DNA of 64,000 nt from a virus (lineage: Duplodnaviria > Caudoviricetes): the IMG/VR virus record IMGVR_UViG_3300037466_003648, positions 64,001-128,000 of that record; one strand, 5' to 3'. The notes beneath the pieces are model-generated. The model was not told the DNA's origin, did not search any database, and saw nothing but the letters and a program-made list of their open reading frames with translations. Position numbers and translations under genes: made by a program. Shown one piece after another: positions 1 through 8,504 of this stretch (position 1 is its first letter; every line of letters begins with the position of its first letter).

Positions 1-11
1 ATCTGCGCACC

Positions 12-326
12 GTGATGCCGGACTGTCCGGGGTTGCCGTACCTGTTCTCTTTCGAGGAACCGAACGGCGCGCTGCGCGAGATCCACGCGGTGTTCCAGAA
101 GAACTTCATCGCGTTGCCTGGTCTGGGCGAATCGCACCCGTCGGAACTACCAGGCGATGAGCTGACGCGGGTAGCCACGCGCTGGTTCGCCAGCAACACG
201 TCGACCGAGGCGATTCAGAAGCATCGAGCCGACCTGCCGACCGCGCTCTGCAAGAAGTGCAGTAACCGGGACGAGTGCAAGCAGCGGATGATCCGCGCTG
301 GCGTTCGCTCTGGAGCTACTCCTTGA
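12..326 (+). CDS. 3' part of a protein, probably truncated by the window edge, ending in a CxxCxxxxxC motif
   Basis: ORF track; LCKKCSNRDEC near the C-terminus resembles the three C-terminal Cys of Cas4/AddB-type nucleases. Confidence 0.5.
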   Translation: MMPDCPGLPYLFSFEEPNGALREIHAVFQKNFIALPGLGESHPSELPGDELTRVATRWFASNTSTEAIQKHRADLPTALCKKCSNRDECKQRMIRAGVRSGATP

Positions 327-351
327 TCCCTGGCTACTCCTGTGTTATGCT
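323..351 (+). promoter_or_regulatory. sigma70-like promoter
   Basis: TTGATC 323-328, 17 nt, TATGCT 346-351 with upstream TG. Confidence 0.6.
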
Positions 352-387
352 GGCGATGCTAGCCCTGCGATCCACAAGGAGCCTCCT

Positions 388-663
388 GTGAAGACCGTCA
401 ACAACACCACCGTCCTGGAAGCCGGAGACATCGACAAGGTCGAGTACCGCGCCGCTGCCAAGGCTGCTCTGCTCAACGGCGGCAGCGTGTCGATCCCGCA
501 CCTGGGGCTGTCGCTCCACATGGTCAACACGACCACCGTGGAAGTCGTGGACCTCGCCAAGGGCGAACCCAAGCAGTACCCCGGCAAGACGGCCGAGGCG
601 GTCATGGACTGCATCGCCAGCTACAAGACGACGGATCGGATCCTCGCCTTCCTGGGCGCCTAG
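388..663 (+). CDS. hypothetical protein
   Basis: AAGGAG SD, GTG start, typical codon bias. Confidence 0.75.
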   Translation: MKTVNNTTVLEAGDIDKVEYRAAAKAALLNGGSVSIPHLGLSLHMVNTTTVEVVDLAKGEPKQYPGKTAEAVMDCIASYKTTDRILAFLGA

Positions 664-672
664 GTCACGACC

Positions 673-972
673 ATGAGCGACGCCGCAGAAGCTCTCTGGG
701 TTGAAGTCGAAGGTGCCAACGGCACCGAGAACTACTTCGTCGACGAGACCTTCGAGTTGGAGTGGAGCGGCGTCGCTTACACCTACGCCGTGCTGGTGCG
801 CGAAGAAGACTTCTCCGCATACGCCGAGGGCGAAGAGGTCATTCCAGACGTCCTGCGCTTCTCCGAGGACAAGCAGACTCTGGAGGAGATCGAGGACGAC
901 GACGAGAAGGCATACGTCATCGACACCATCGACGCGTTCTACCGTGCCGATGCGGAGTCCTCGCCAAGCTAG
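673..972 (+). CDS. acidic hypothetical protein
   Basis: ORF in operon context, strongly D/E-rich. Confidence 0.75.
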   Translation: MSDAAEALWVEVEGANGTENYFVDETFELEWSGVAYTYAVLVREEDFSAYAEGEEVIPDVLRFSEDKQTLEEIEDDDEKAYVIDTIDAFYRADAESSPS

Positions 973-1041
973 GGTGCCCAGACTTCACCGTCGCCCTCCC
1001 CTACGCTGGTGGTGAGCCCCTTCCAGCCTAGGAGGTCCGCC

Positions 1042-1272
1042 ATGTTCATCATCGTTGGGTCGCAGCTCGCCTACCGCCAGCTCCTCACGGTCGATCCTAA
1101 CAACATGGACCCTTCGGAGATGCTGAACCTGGTCGACCTGGCTCGCCAGGAAGCCCGGCGCTCTACCGATCCGGCCACCGCCGAACAGGTCGAGGCCAAG
1201 TGTCGCTCGATCGAGCTGGACGTCCATCTGACCTACACTCCGCCCAGCCTTGCCTTGGTCTGCTGCGAGTAA
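1042..1272 (+). CDS. hypothetical protein
   Basis: GGAGG SD before ATG 1042. Confidence 0.7.
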   Translation: MFIIVGSQLAYRQLLTVDPNNMDPSEMLNLVDLARQEARRSTDPATAEQVEAKCRSIELDVHLTYTPPSLALVCCE

Positions 1273-1275
1273 GTC

Positions 1276-1593
1276 ATGCGGTCCATCCTGATCAAACGGT
1301 GCGAGGCTTGTGGGGAAACCCGCGGGCTGACCAAGCACCATGTCTATCCGAAGAGCCTGTCCGAAGTATGGGGGCACAAGGTCAAGCAGGTGATGGCACT
1401 GTTGTGCCGCACCTGCCACGACGTCGTGCACTACCGGGGAGGTCGTCGGGTAGCGCGGCTGCAAGGTAAGCACGAGTACGTGCGCCGCTTCTGTGACCCA
1501 CAGATGCAGGCGGTTATAGGATCGTACCGTTTGATCATTCGGCAGTTGGAGCGCGAGTCCCGCGCCCTGCACATCGGGGAGTTGTTGAACTAG
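1276..1593 (+). CDS. HNH endonuclease-like protein
   Basis: CxxC...HHVYP...LCxxCHxxxH pattern. Confidence 0.7.
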   Translation: MRSILIKRCEACGETRGLTKHHVYPKSLSEVWGHKVKQVMALLCRTCHDVVHYRGGRRVARLQGKHEYVRRFCDPQMQAVIGSYRLIIRQLERESRALHIGELLN

Positions 1594-1626
1594 ACAACCT
1601 ACCCTTAACCCTTGTATGATAGGAGC

Positions 1627-2133
1627 ATGATGAAGAAGCTGATCCCCACCATCCTCGCCCTTGCCTTGATCGCGCTCCCTGCCAGCGCCGCGGAGCAACC
1701 TCTGCACCAGTACATCCGCACCCAGTGCGAACTGGAGTTCGGCTCCAAGGCAATCGCCAAGGAGAAGGCCGACTACTACGCGCCCCTGATCACGAAGTAC
1801 GCCACGCGCTATGGGCTGCCGCCCGAGGTCGTGGCCGCCGTCGTCTGGCACGAGAGCAACTTCCGCCCGCGCTGTACGTCCAGCTGCAATGCACAAGGCT
1901 TGATGCAGGTGATCCCGTTCGCCGGTCGGTTCCCCGCCGGGTCGGACCACTACGATCCCGATGTCAACTTGAATGCCGGGTGCAAGTTGCTCAAGGGTTA
2001 CCTGTTGGAGTTCCATGGCGACTGGCCGCGTGCCCTCGCCGCCTACAACTGGGGACCGGCCAACGTCTCTCGCGGTACCTACCGCCTCGACTACTCACGC
2101 GCGGTGTTGAAGAGCGCTGGTCACGCTCGTTAA
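1627..2133 (+). CDS. lytic transglycosylase (SLT domain) with N-terminal signal/anchor
   Basis: VVWHESNF catalytic Glu, AQGLMQV, ALAAYNWG motifs; hydrophobic N-terminus. Confidence 0.9.
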   Translation: MMKKLIPTILALALIALPASAAEQPLHQYIRTQCELEFGSKAIAKEKADYYAPLITKYATRYGLPPEVVAAVVWHESNFRPRCTSSCNAQGLMQVIPFAGRFPAGSDHYDPDVNLNAGCKLLKGYLLEFHGDWPRALAAYNWGPANVSRGTYRLDYSRAVLKSAGHAR

Positions 2134-2648
2134 GGTTTCTTCTTGGGCCAGGTCTTGCCTTCCGGCTCGCGACCCGTCTTGAGGTCCCACTTGAGCGGGT
2201 GGAGTTGGAAGTGCCGCTCCAGGTGGCGCAGGCCATCCTCGAAGTCGGGAGCCATCAAGACCGGTTCGGGGTCACCCGGCTGCGTCTCGGGGCAGGTCAT
2301 CGAGCGTACGTAGCAAGACGCCAACTCCTTTTGCTTCGTGCGCAGCTGCTCCAGTCGCCACTCCACGTACTTCGCGAGGTTCTCGTCCTCGGTGTACATT
2401 TCCCAGACCTGCTGCTTCTTCACCTCGAAGATGCGCAAGGTCAGGCGGGTGCCGAACTCCAGGACCAGCTCGCGCAGCGTGTGCATCTCGCCCAGTCCCA
2501 TCGTACGCGGCTGGACCGTGTAGCGTTGGGGCTTGGCGCCGCCAACGGGTTTCTTGTCATTGGGTTCACGGTCATGTGTCGCGGACACGAGAGACCTCCT
2601 CAAGCGAGATGGGCCGTCCCCATGGTGGGGCGGCCCATCGTGCATCAT
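2130..2648 (-). CDS. hypothetical protein
   Basis: ORF downstream of 2658-4184 on the same strand. Confidence 0.65.
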   Translation of the reverse strand: MMHDGPPHHGDGPSRLRRSLVSATHDREPNDKKPVGGAKPQRYTVQPRTMGLGEMHTLRELVLEFGTRLTLRIFEVKKQQVWEMYTEDENLAKYVEWRLEQLRTKQKELASCYVRSMTCPETQPGDPEPVLMAPDFEDGLRHLERHFQLHPLKWDLKTGREPEGKTWPKKKP

Positions 2649-2657
2649 CTGGGTGGC

Positions 2658-4184
2658 TTAGGTCCAGCTCATCTGGGTTGGGAGGTAGACCTCATCCGGC
2701 CGACGGTAGTAGTACTTGCCGCCCACCGCCGCGAAGTCGCCCTGGATCAGGACCGGCTCCGGCACCACGATGCCCGTCTCGGGCATGACGTGGAAGATCG
2801 CGAAGCCGCGGTCGCTCTTGTCGAAGCCGTCCGTGTACTCCGCGTTGCCCCGGCACGCCGAGGGCGTGATGGTCCAACTGTAGGGAGCCGGGGTACCCTT
2901 GTTGAGGACGCTGCCCGTGTAGAGCTGCTGCTTGTGGATGTGACCGCTGGTGCCCGGCATGCCGAACTTGTCGTTGCGGATGTGCATCGCCACAAAGCTG
3001 TCCCAGAACACCACCCAGTTGTTCTTGATCTCTTCCTGCTCGTCCGCCTTGTTGAAGGCGCCCAGGTCCCACTTGCAGTTGACGTTGATCTGCAGATCGC
3101 GAATGCCGAAGAAGTCCGCCCACGTCCAACCGTGGAAGTCGGCCAGCACGGACCCCGTGTAGGGGCTGGCGATCGCCATGTGCTTCTGTACGCGCCACTC
3201 GTGATTGCCCAGGTTCCAAACGATCTCGCTGTCCGGGCAGACCTCACGCGCCGCACGGAAGATCTTGTCCCGCAGGAAGAACATCGACTTCACGATCTCC
3301 GCGTTGCGCGGGTCGACCGTGTACTTGCTGAACTCGTAGCAGTCCGCCTGGTCGCCGTTGAACAGGACGACGTCGGGCTGCATGTCCCGAAGCACTTCCA
3401 GGAACACCCGGTAGACGAAGGGGTCCTGCATCCGGTCGTGGTTGTCGCTGATGTCAACGATTGTGTTGATGGCCGCCTTCGCCGCGCGGGGGTAGAGCAT
3501 CTGGATGGGCTCGATGTCCCGGCGGTAGTACTGACGGAAGTCATCGAGGCTTGCGTGCTTCGCGATCTGCTTCTCGATCATGTGCTGGCTGCGGTGCAGC
3601 TGCAGCCCCGCCTGCCGACGGAACTCCAGGAACGTACCGAAGTGACGGCTCCAGGTGGCCTCGGAGTACTTGCCCTGATGCTGGTACATCGTGCGGCTGA
3701 CGAAGGAGTACTTGTTCTCGCGCTGAACGCGGCGCAAGTCTTCCCGACAGTCGTCCGGCGTAGCATTCGGGTCGAACTTCTTGCCCTCTTCGCTCATGAG
3801 GGCCAGCTGGCGCTGCGTTGGCTTGGGTTCCTTGGGAGGCTTCTCCTCCGTCGAGGGATCCGTGGGCGGCTCCTGATCCAACTGCTGGTACACGGGTTGG
3901 CCGCCAGGAATGTCCAGCTTGGCGTAGTTACCACGCTTCGTCGCGGGCTCGCCTTCACGGGCGATCGGCTGACGGGTGCGCTCGCTTGCGGACTTGCGGT
4001 AGTCGGGATCGATGACCGCGCGCACCGCGTTGCGCTTGATACCCAGTGTATCCTGGATCTGGTTGATCGACTGACCCACCTTCCAGCGCTGGATGATCTC
4101 CACCCGTGTCGCACGGTCGAGCGCCGATCCGTTGGAGGGCTCCAGCTCCTCGTTCGAGACCGCAATGTGCCGGAACTGCAGCAT
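2658..4184 (-). CDS. calcineurin-like metallophosphoesterase with N-terminal HTH-like region
   Basis: DxH (SDNH), GDxxD (GDQAD), GNHE, GHxH (GHIH); GGAGG SD before ATG 4184. Confidence 0.8.
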   Translation of the reverse strand: MLQFRHIAVSNEELEPSNGSALDRATRVEIIQRWKVGQSINQIQDTLGIKRNAVRAVIDPDYRKSASERTRQPIAREGEPATKRGNYAKLDIPGGQPVYQQLDQEPPTDPSTEEKPPKEPKPTQRQLALMSEEGKKFDPNATPDDCREDLRRVQRENKYSFVSRTMYQHQGKYSEATWSRHFGTFLEFRRQAGLQLHRSQHMIEKQIAKHASLDDFRQYYRRDIEPIQMLYPRAAKAAINTIVDISDNHDRMQDPFVYRVFLEVLRDMQPDVVLFNGDQADCYEFSKYTVDPRNAEIVKSMFFLRDKIFRAAREVCPDSEIVWNLGNHEWRVQKHMAIASPYTGSVLADFHGWTWADFFGIRDLQINVNCKWDLGAFNKADEQEEIKNNWVVFWDSFVAMHIRNDKFGMPGTSGHIHKQQLYTGSVLNKGTPAPYSWTITPSACRGNAEYTDGFDKSDRGFAIFHVMPETGIVVPEPVLIQGDFAAVGGKYYYRRPDEVYLPTQMSWT

Positions 4185-4300
4185 GTTCAACCTCCTGGAA
4201 CCACGCCTTATCACAGGCCATGCTCCCAGGACAGATCCACCAAAAACTGCGCAAGCCTAGGTGGGTTGGGACGGTTGGGGTAGTTGGTCGGGCTGTTGCC

Positions 4301-4585
4301 CTACCTGGAGTGGAACACGCTGGCGAACACGGAGGCCAGGTGACACGCACGGCGCAGGTCCACCAACATGACCCAGCCTCCATCGAACTCGTGGAACGTG
4401 AAGGTGAACAACTCCGCTGGAGACGCAAGCTTCTCGATGACGATGTCGCGTGCTCGGTCCCAGCTCATGCTCTTGGTGATCGGGATGGCAAACACGAAGC
4501 CGTTGTCTACCGCTTCCGGTGGGTAGAGCTGGCGCACCAAGGGCTGCAACCGTGCGACCAGCTCGTCAGAGTAGGGCAACTCCAC
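4301..4585 (-). CDS. hypothetical protein
   Basis: ORF track, operon context. Confidence 0.55.
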   Translation of the reverse strand: MELPYSDELVARLQPLVRQLYPPEAVDNGFVFAIPITKSMSWDRARDIVIEKLASPAELFTFTFHEFDGGWVMLVDLRRACHLASVFASVFHSR

Positions 4586-4588
4586 GGA

Positions 4589-4906
4589 CTACCCCTTCAC
4601 CTGATTGGGCACCACGAACGCGTGCTCGAAGCCGAGCTTCGCGATGTAATTGCCGTACGCCATGAGCCCGTTCACCTCTACCAACCCGGCCTCGCCGTGC
4701 ATCTGATGGTACAGTCGTCCCATGGCGTCGACCCCCAACACCAGCACCGTACGACTGGGCGGCAGGGCCAGGTTGACTTGTTGAGGCGCGTTCGTCGCCT
4801 CGTTCTTCGGCTTCCGTTCCTTGCTACGTGACATAACAACTTCCTCCTGTGGGTCGTCTTGCATGACGGACCTCAGTCTACCAGATCCAACAGCCCCAGG
4901 GAACAC
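4589..4906 (-). CDS. hypothetical protein (true start probably internal, MSRSKERK)
   Basis: ORF track; GGAGG-like SD before the internal Met. Confidence 0.55.
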   Translation of the reverse strand: MFPGAVGSGRLRSVMQDDPQEEVVMSRSKERKPKNEATNAPQQVNLALPPSRTVLVLGVDAMGRLYHQMHGEAGLVEVNGLMAYGNYIAKLGFEHAFVVPNQVKG

Positions 4907-4949
4907 GGCAGTACATCTTACTCACCCAGGCAACCGTAAGAATTAACTG

Positions 4950-4979
4950 TTGACACTTCTACATTAACCAATGTAAAGT
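4950..4979 (+). promoter_or_regulatory. sigma70-like promoter with operator-like inverted repeat
   Basis: TTGACA 4950-4955, 18 nt, TAAAGT 4974-4979; TACATT-aacc-AATGTA dyad in the spacer. Confidence 0.65.
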
Positions 4980-5020
4980 GAACTCCAGTTGTTCCCTATC
5001 CGCTATGGAGGTACCCTCGA

Positions 5021-5644
5021 ATGTTTCAGCCGGTTCAACCCCACGTCTTCAAGAACAAGGATCAGCGGCGCCTCCTCGGCGAGAAGCTGGCTCTGGCCCG
5101 CTTGACCAAGGGCTACTCGCAGGCAGAAGCCCTGCGTGCGTCGGGCCTGCTCAACCCCGACGCCAGCCACACCACCCACGAAGGTGGTGTGACCCGCGGC
5201 TTCCTGACCTACGTGGAGGCCGGTACCCGCGGCGTCACGAAGGACCAGCTCTCCGCGCTCGCCAAGCTCTACGGCGTTAGCTATAAGAGCTTGATCGATC
5301 CCGCAGCCCTGACCGCTTCCCAGGTCAAGATGCTCAAGACCCTGCAGCTTGGGATGAAGCATCGGACCGCGCCGACCGGCACCAAGAAGTCCACGTCCAT
5401 CGGGGCGGGACGTACCCACAAGGTGATGGCGACCGCCAACGGGCGTCGCACCCAGCGCCAGGCGACGGTACCCCAAGCAGCGCCGCAGCATGGCATCACC
5501 CCGGCGGACATCGCCATGCTCGATGTGGTCCGCGACTGCTCTGAGCCCGAGAAGGTTTGGTTGCGGGATGGGCTGATCAAGCTCAAGGACCGCATGCGGT
5601 CGACGGTCGCGTCACCCACCAAGCAGTTGGTCGGCACCCGCTAA
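5021..5644 (+). CDS. XRE-family HTH transcriptional regulator
   Basis: LGEKLALARLTKGYSQAE...YVEAGTR...LSALAKLYGVS pattern. Confidence 0.8.
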   Translation: MFQPVQPHVFKNKDQRRLLGEKLALARLTKGYSQAEALRASGLLNPDASHTTHEGGVTRGFLTYVEAGTRGVTKDQLSALAKLYGVSYKSLIDPAALTASQVKMLKTLQLGMKHRTAPTGTKKSTSIGAGRTHKVMATANGRRTQRQATVPQAAPQHGITPADIAMLDVVRDCSEPEKVWLRDGLIKLKDRMRSTVASPTKQLVGTR

Positions 5645-5650
5645 TCCACC

Positions 5651-5682
5651 GGGCTCGGGAGAGAATCCCGAGCCCTTCTTCT
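5651..5682 (+). terminator. intrinsic terminator
   Basis: GGGCTCGGGA-gagaa-TCCCGAGCCC followed by TTCTTCTT. Confidence 0.75.
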
Positions 5683-5693
5683 TAGGAGGCTTC

Positions 5694-6038
5694 ATGACGC
5701 AGACCTTACAGTTCAAGCGTCTCGAAGTCGTAGGGGCACGGTTCCAGGCTGGGGTTGACTGGGCAGCGCTCCGAACGGGTGACCGGTTGGAGTTGATCCC
5801 GGAACCAACCAACGAGGTTGACAGCACAGCCGTGGCGGTCTATGCTGGCGCGACCCGGATCGGTTACCTGGCTCGGGAACGTGCCGAGATGTTCAGTCCT
5901 CTGTTGATTCACGGCTACATCAAAGCACGCGTCCAGCTTGTTCAGATCGATCCGTGGGTCGAGCGGCGACGCTTCACCCCCATCTTGATCGACTGTGAGA
6001 TCGAGAAAGTTGCTACGCCTACCCCCTTACCTGGCTAA
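5694..6038 (+). CDS. HIRAN domain protein
   Basis: VVGARF...LELIPEPTNEVDSTAVAV...IGYLAR matches the HIRAN pattern. Confidence 0.85.
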   Translation: MTQTLQFKRLEVVGARFQAGVDWAALRTGDRLELIPEPTNEVDSTAVAVYAGATRIGYLARERAEMFSPLLIHGYIKARVQLVQIDPWVERRRFTPILIDCEIEKVATPTPLPG

Positions 6039-6233
6039 GCGCATCCTGCTGGCCTTGATGCGATTCTGGTACCGCCGCGCCCACCAGGCGATCGCATCCA
6101 CCCTGACCCTGTTTGGCCTCGACCGCGTGTCATCCGACAAGCTGGCCGAAGGCTTCTTGCTGCGTGCCCTCACCCGGTACCGCGCTTCCCTGTCACAATC
6201 CCCAAGCAAGTCACCCAAGGAGGAGACCATCCC

Positions 6234-7160
6234 ATGGCTGAAGAGTTGAAGCTGCCCACGAACCTGCCGAAGGACATCGCGGAGTTCATGTCCTCGCAGA
6301 AGTACGCGAACGGCATGTGCATCCGCAACGTCAACAACTTGGCAGCGACCATCGCCAACAACGCCGCGATCACCGACGAGGTCTTCGCGGACATCCTCTC
6401 GAAGACCAACAAGACCTCGATGGAGACCCTGCCCGACATCTACGCGGTGCGCAACGAGATCAACGCGCGCTACGGCGATGGCAAGGGTGCTGCGCCTGCC
6501 CCCGCTGCCGCGGCGCCGACCCCGGCCCCCACCCCGGAGCCCGAGGCCGCTCCGGCTCCCACCCCCGAGCCCGCGGCTGCTCCGGCGCCGTTGCTCGAAG
6601 GCTTCGGCGCGCCTCCCACTTCGACCCCGACTCCCACGCCGGAGCCCGAGGTCGCTCCGGCTGCCGCTCCCGCGCCCAAGAAGCTGTCCGCTGCCGGTAA
6701 CAATCCGGTCGTGAGCAGCGCTGCTGCCGCGCCCCCGGTGGACGACATCGCGGCGGCGTTTGCCGCGGCGCCGACCGCGGTCACGGCCCAGCTGGAGACG
6801 GCGGTGGACGAGATCATGGACGAGCTGCCCGAGCCCCCGGCGGCGGAGGAAGAAGGTCCGGTGATCGACACGGAAGCGGAGACGGTCACTTCGGCACCCA
6901 CGCCGAAGCCCGAGACGCCTGCCCCGTCGGCTACCACGACCGAGGAAGCTCCCAAGCCGATCAAGGCTGGTGGTCGGGGTGCCAAGGTTGTCGCGGCCGG
7001 TCCCGAGAACGTGGTCAAGCAGCTGCTCGACAAGATCGACGAGCGCGACAAGCGGATCGAAGAGCTGGAGAAGGCGCTCACCGAGGCCAGCGCCAGCTCG
7101 ATGAAGCTGTCGGCTTCCATCGCCAAGCGCCTGGAGGCGGTGGGCGTCTCCGTCGAGTAG
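6234..7160 (+). CDS. Pro/Ala/Glu-rich low-complexity protein with C-terminal coiled coil
   Basis: AAGGAG SD; PTPEPE/APA repeats; C-terminal heptads. Confidence 0.75.
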   Translation: MAEELKLPTNLPKDIAEFMSSQKYANGMCIRNVNNLAATIANNAAITDEVFADILSKTNKTSMETLPDIYAVRNEINARYGDGKGAAPAPAAAAPTPAPTPEPEAAPAPTPEPAAAPAPLLEGFGAPPTSTPTPTPEPEVAPAAAPAPKKLSAAGNNPVVSSAAAAPPVDDIAAAFAAAPTAVTAQLETAVDEIMDELPEPPAAEEEGPVIDTEAETVTSAPTPKPETPAPSATTTEEAPKPIKAGGRGAKVVAAGPENVVKQLLDKIDERDKRIEELEKALTEASASSMKLSASIAKRLEAVGVSVE

Positions 7161-7164
7161 ATCC

Positions 7165-7193
7165 TTGTAAGCGGGGCTTCTTCATGGTAGGAT
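7165..7193 (+). promoter_or_regulatory. sigma70-like promoter
   Basis: TTGTAA 7165-7170, 17 nt, TAGGAT 7188-7193. Confidence 0.6.
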
Positions 7194-7214
7194 CACTGCC
7201 ATTGGAGGAGCCCC

Positions 7215-8000
7215 GTGAACTGGGATCACCCTGACCACGAAGTATTCAAAGAGCGGCGGGACGAGAGCCAGATTCTCACGAGCTGGTACGTCGCCCGCCC
7301 TCTTGTTCAGAAGCAGCTCGACGGTCATCCACTAACCGAAGCCGAGCGGATGTACGTTCGACGCTTCTACGGCTCGAACGTCAACCAGGAGTTCTTCTGC
7401 CGCCTGGGGCTGACCTTCGCCAACAACAGCGAGTGTTGGCTGCCGGGCATCCCCACAGAGGAGCAGTGCCAGCGCTGCTCGCTGCATTACGCCTCGACCC
7501 ACGTCGTGAACTTCGGTCGCGATGAAGTCCCGAACGCGCCACCCGATCGTACCAACGTGAGCATGGTGGCAACCAAGGACGAGCAGGGCATCACCCGCAT
7601 CACCTGGATTCCCGTGAAGGACGCGCCAGCTGGAATGAACGGCCAGTTCATCGCGGGGGTGCAGCACGCGTTCAGCTCGTCGCTGACCCGCATCTTTCCC
7701 GTTTGCCTGCCTGGCCTGAGCCCCAGCTTCGACAAGTCCTGTGACGGGAACTGTGCGAAGTGTCCTGGCTATGGGTATTATGATGCTACACAAGAAACAA
7801 CCACGACCAACCTTGGGAACGTGAAGCTGACCAATGCCACCCTGCACCCTCGCATCGCCGAGCGGTTGAAGGTGATAGGCACGCAGCATGAGGAGCCACC
7901 TCTTGACGAACGAATCGAAGTACGATCCAATGATACCGATGGACTTTCACCAAGCGGAGATCCGAGTCGTACCGAGCTACCGCCGCCGGAAGGGTCGTGA
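7215..8000 (+). CDS. hypothetical Cys-containing protein
   Basis: GGAGG SD, GTG start. Confidence 0.7.
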   Translation: MNWDHPDHEVFKERRDESQILTSWYVARPLVQKQLDGHPLTEAERMYVRRFYGSNVNQEFFCRLGLTFANNSECWLPGIPTEEQCQRCSLHYASTHVVNFGRDEVPNAPPDRTNVSMVATKDEQGITRITWIPVKDAPAGMNGQFIAGVQHAFSSSLTRIFPVCLPGLSPSFDKSCDGNCAKCPGYGYYDATQETTTTNLGNVKLTNATLHPRIAERLKVIGTQHEEPPLDERIEVRSNDTDGLSPSGDPSRTELPPPEGS

Positions 8001-8166
8001 GCTGATCGGCTCTCGGTACGCTGGTCGCAAGGGGACCATCGAGGTCCGTCCCGCCATCCACGGCGCCTACGCCTCCGCCTTTGTGATGCCCAACGGCTAC
8101 CGTGCTGGCAAAACCGACGAGGTCGTCACCATCCCCGTGGACATCTCGTCCGCCACCCTAATCTAG
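7888..8166 (+). CDS. hypothetical protein (start probably near 7930)
   Basis: ORF track. Confidence 0.55.
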   Translation: MRSHLLTNESKYDPMIPMDFHQAEIRVVPSYRRRKGRELIGSRYAGRKGTIEVRPAIHGAYASAFVMPNGYRAGKTDEVVTIPVDISSATLI

Positions 8167-8175
8167 GAGATCCAG

Positions 8176-8496
8176 ATGCTCAAGAAGACCCTGCTCGCTG
8201 TCGTCGCTGCGCTGTTCATGACGGGCTGTGCCAACGCCTTCAACCGCGTTGACCGTACGTTCTTCCAGAACTCGGCGGGCGACTACCACCTCGTCCAGTA
8301 CACCCTGGCAGGAAATGTGGACTACTGGGTCCACAACATCAAGGTGACCCAGGAGCACGAGACCGATGGCGTGTTCTTCTTCCTCGCCGACGGTACGATG
8401 GTGGAGATCCAGGGTCCGGTGACCAGCGTCCGCCTCAAGCACGGCTTCGACGGCCCCGATCGGTTGCCCGCGAACCTGCTGGCTCCGGCCAAGTAG
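8176..8496 (+). CDS. putative lipoprotein
   Basis: signal peptide ending LFMTGC (lipobox-like). Confidence 0.7.
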   Translation: MLKKTLLAVVAALFMTGCANAFNRVDRTFFQNSAGDYHLVQYTLAGNVDYWVHNIKVTQEHETDGVFFFLADGTMVEIQGPVTSVRLKHGFDGPDRLPANLLAPAK

Positions 8497-8504
8497 GCGC
8501 ACCC

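Noticed and set aside
1725-4283. 852-aa plus-strand ORF; likewise 11760-15560, 29919-31832, 40141-42090, 56657-59329 and 59883-62600 on the minus strand
   Set aside because: Antisense shadows of motif-bearing genes, expected from high-GC3 codon bias; no SD or domain motifs
6480-6960. CRISPR array or DNA tandem repeat
   Set aside because: Repeats are imperfect in-frame Pro/Ala codon repeats; no constant repeat-spacer periodicity was seen anywhere in the window
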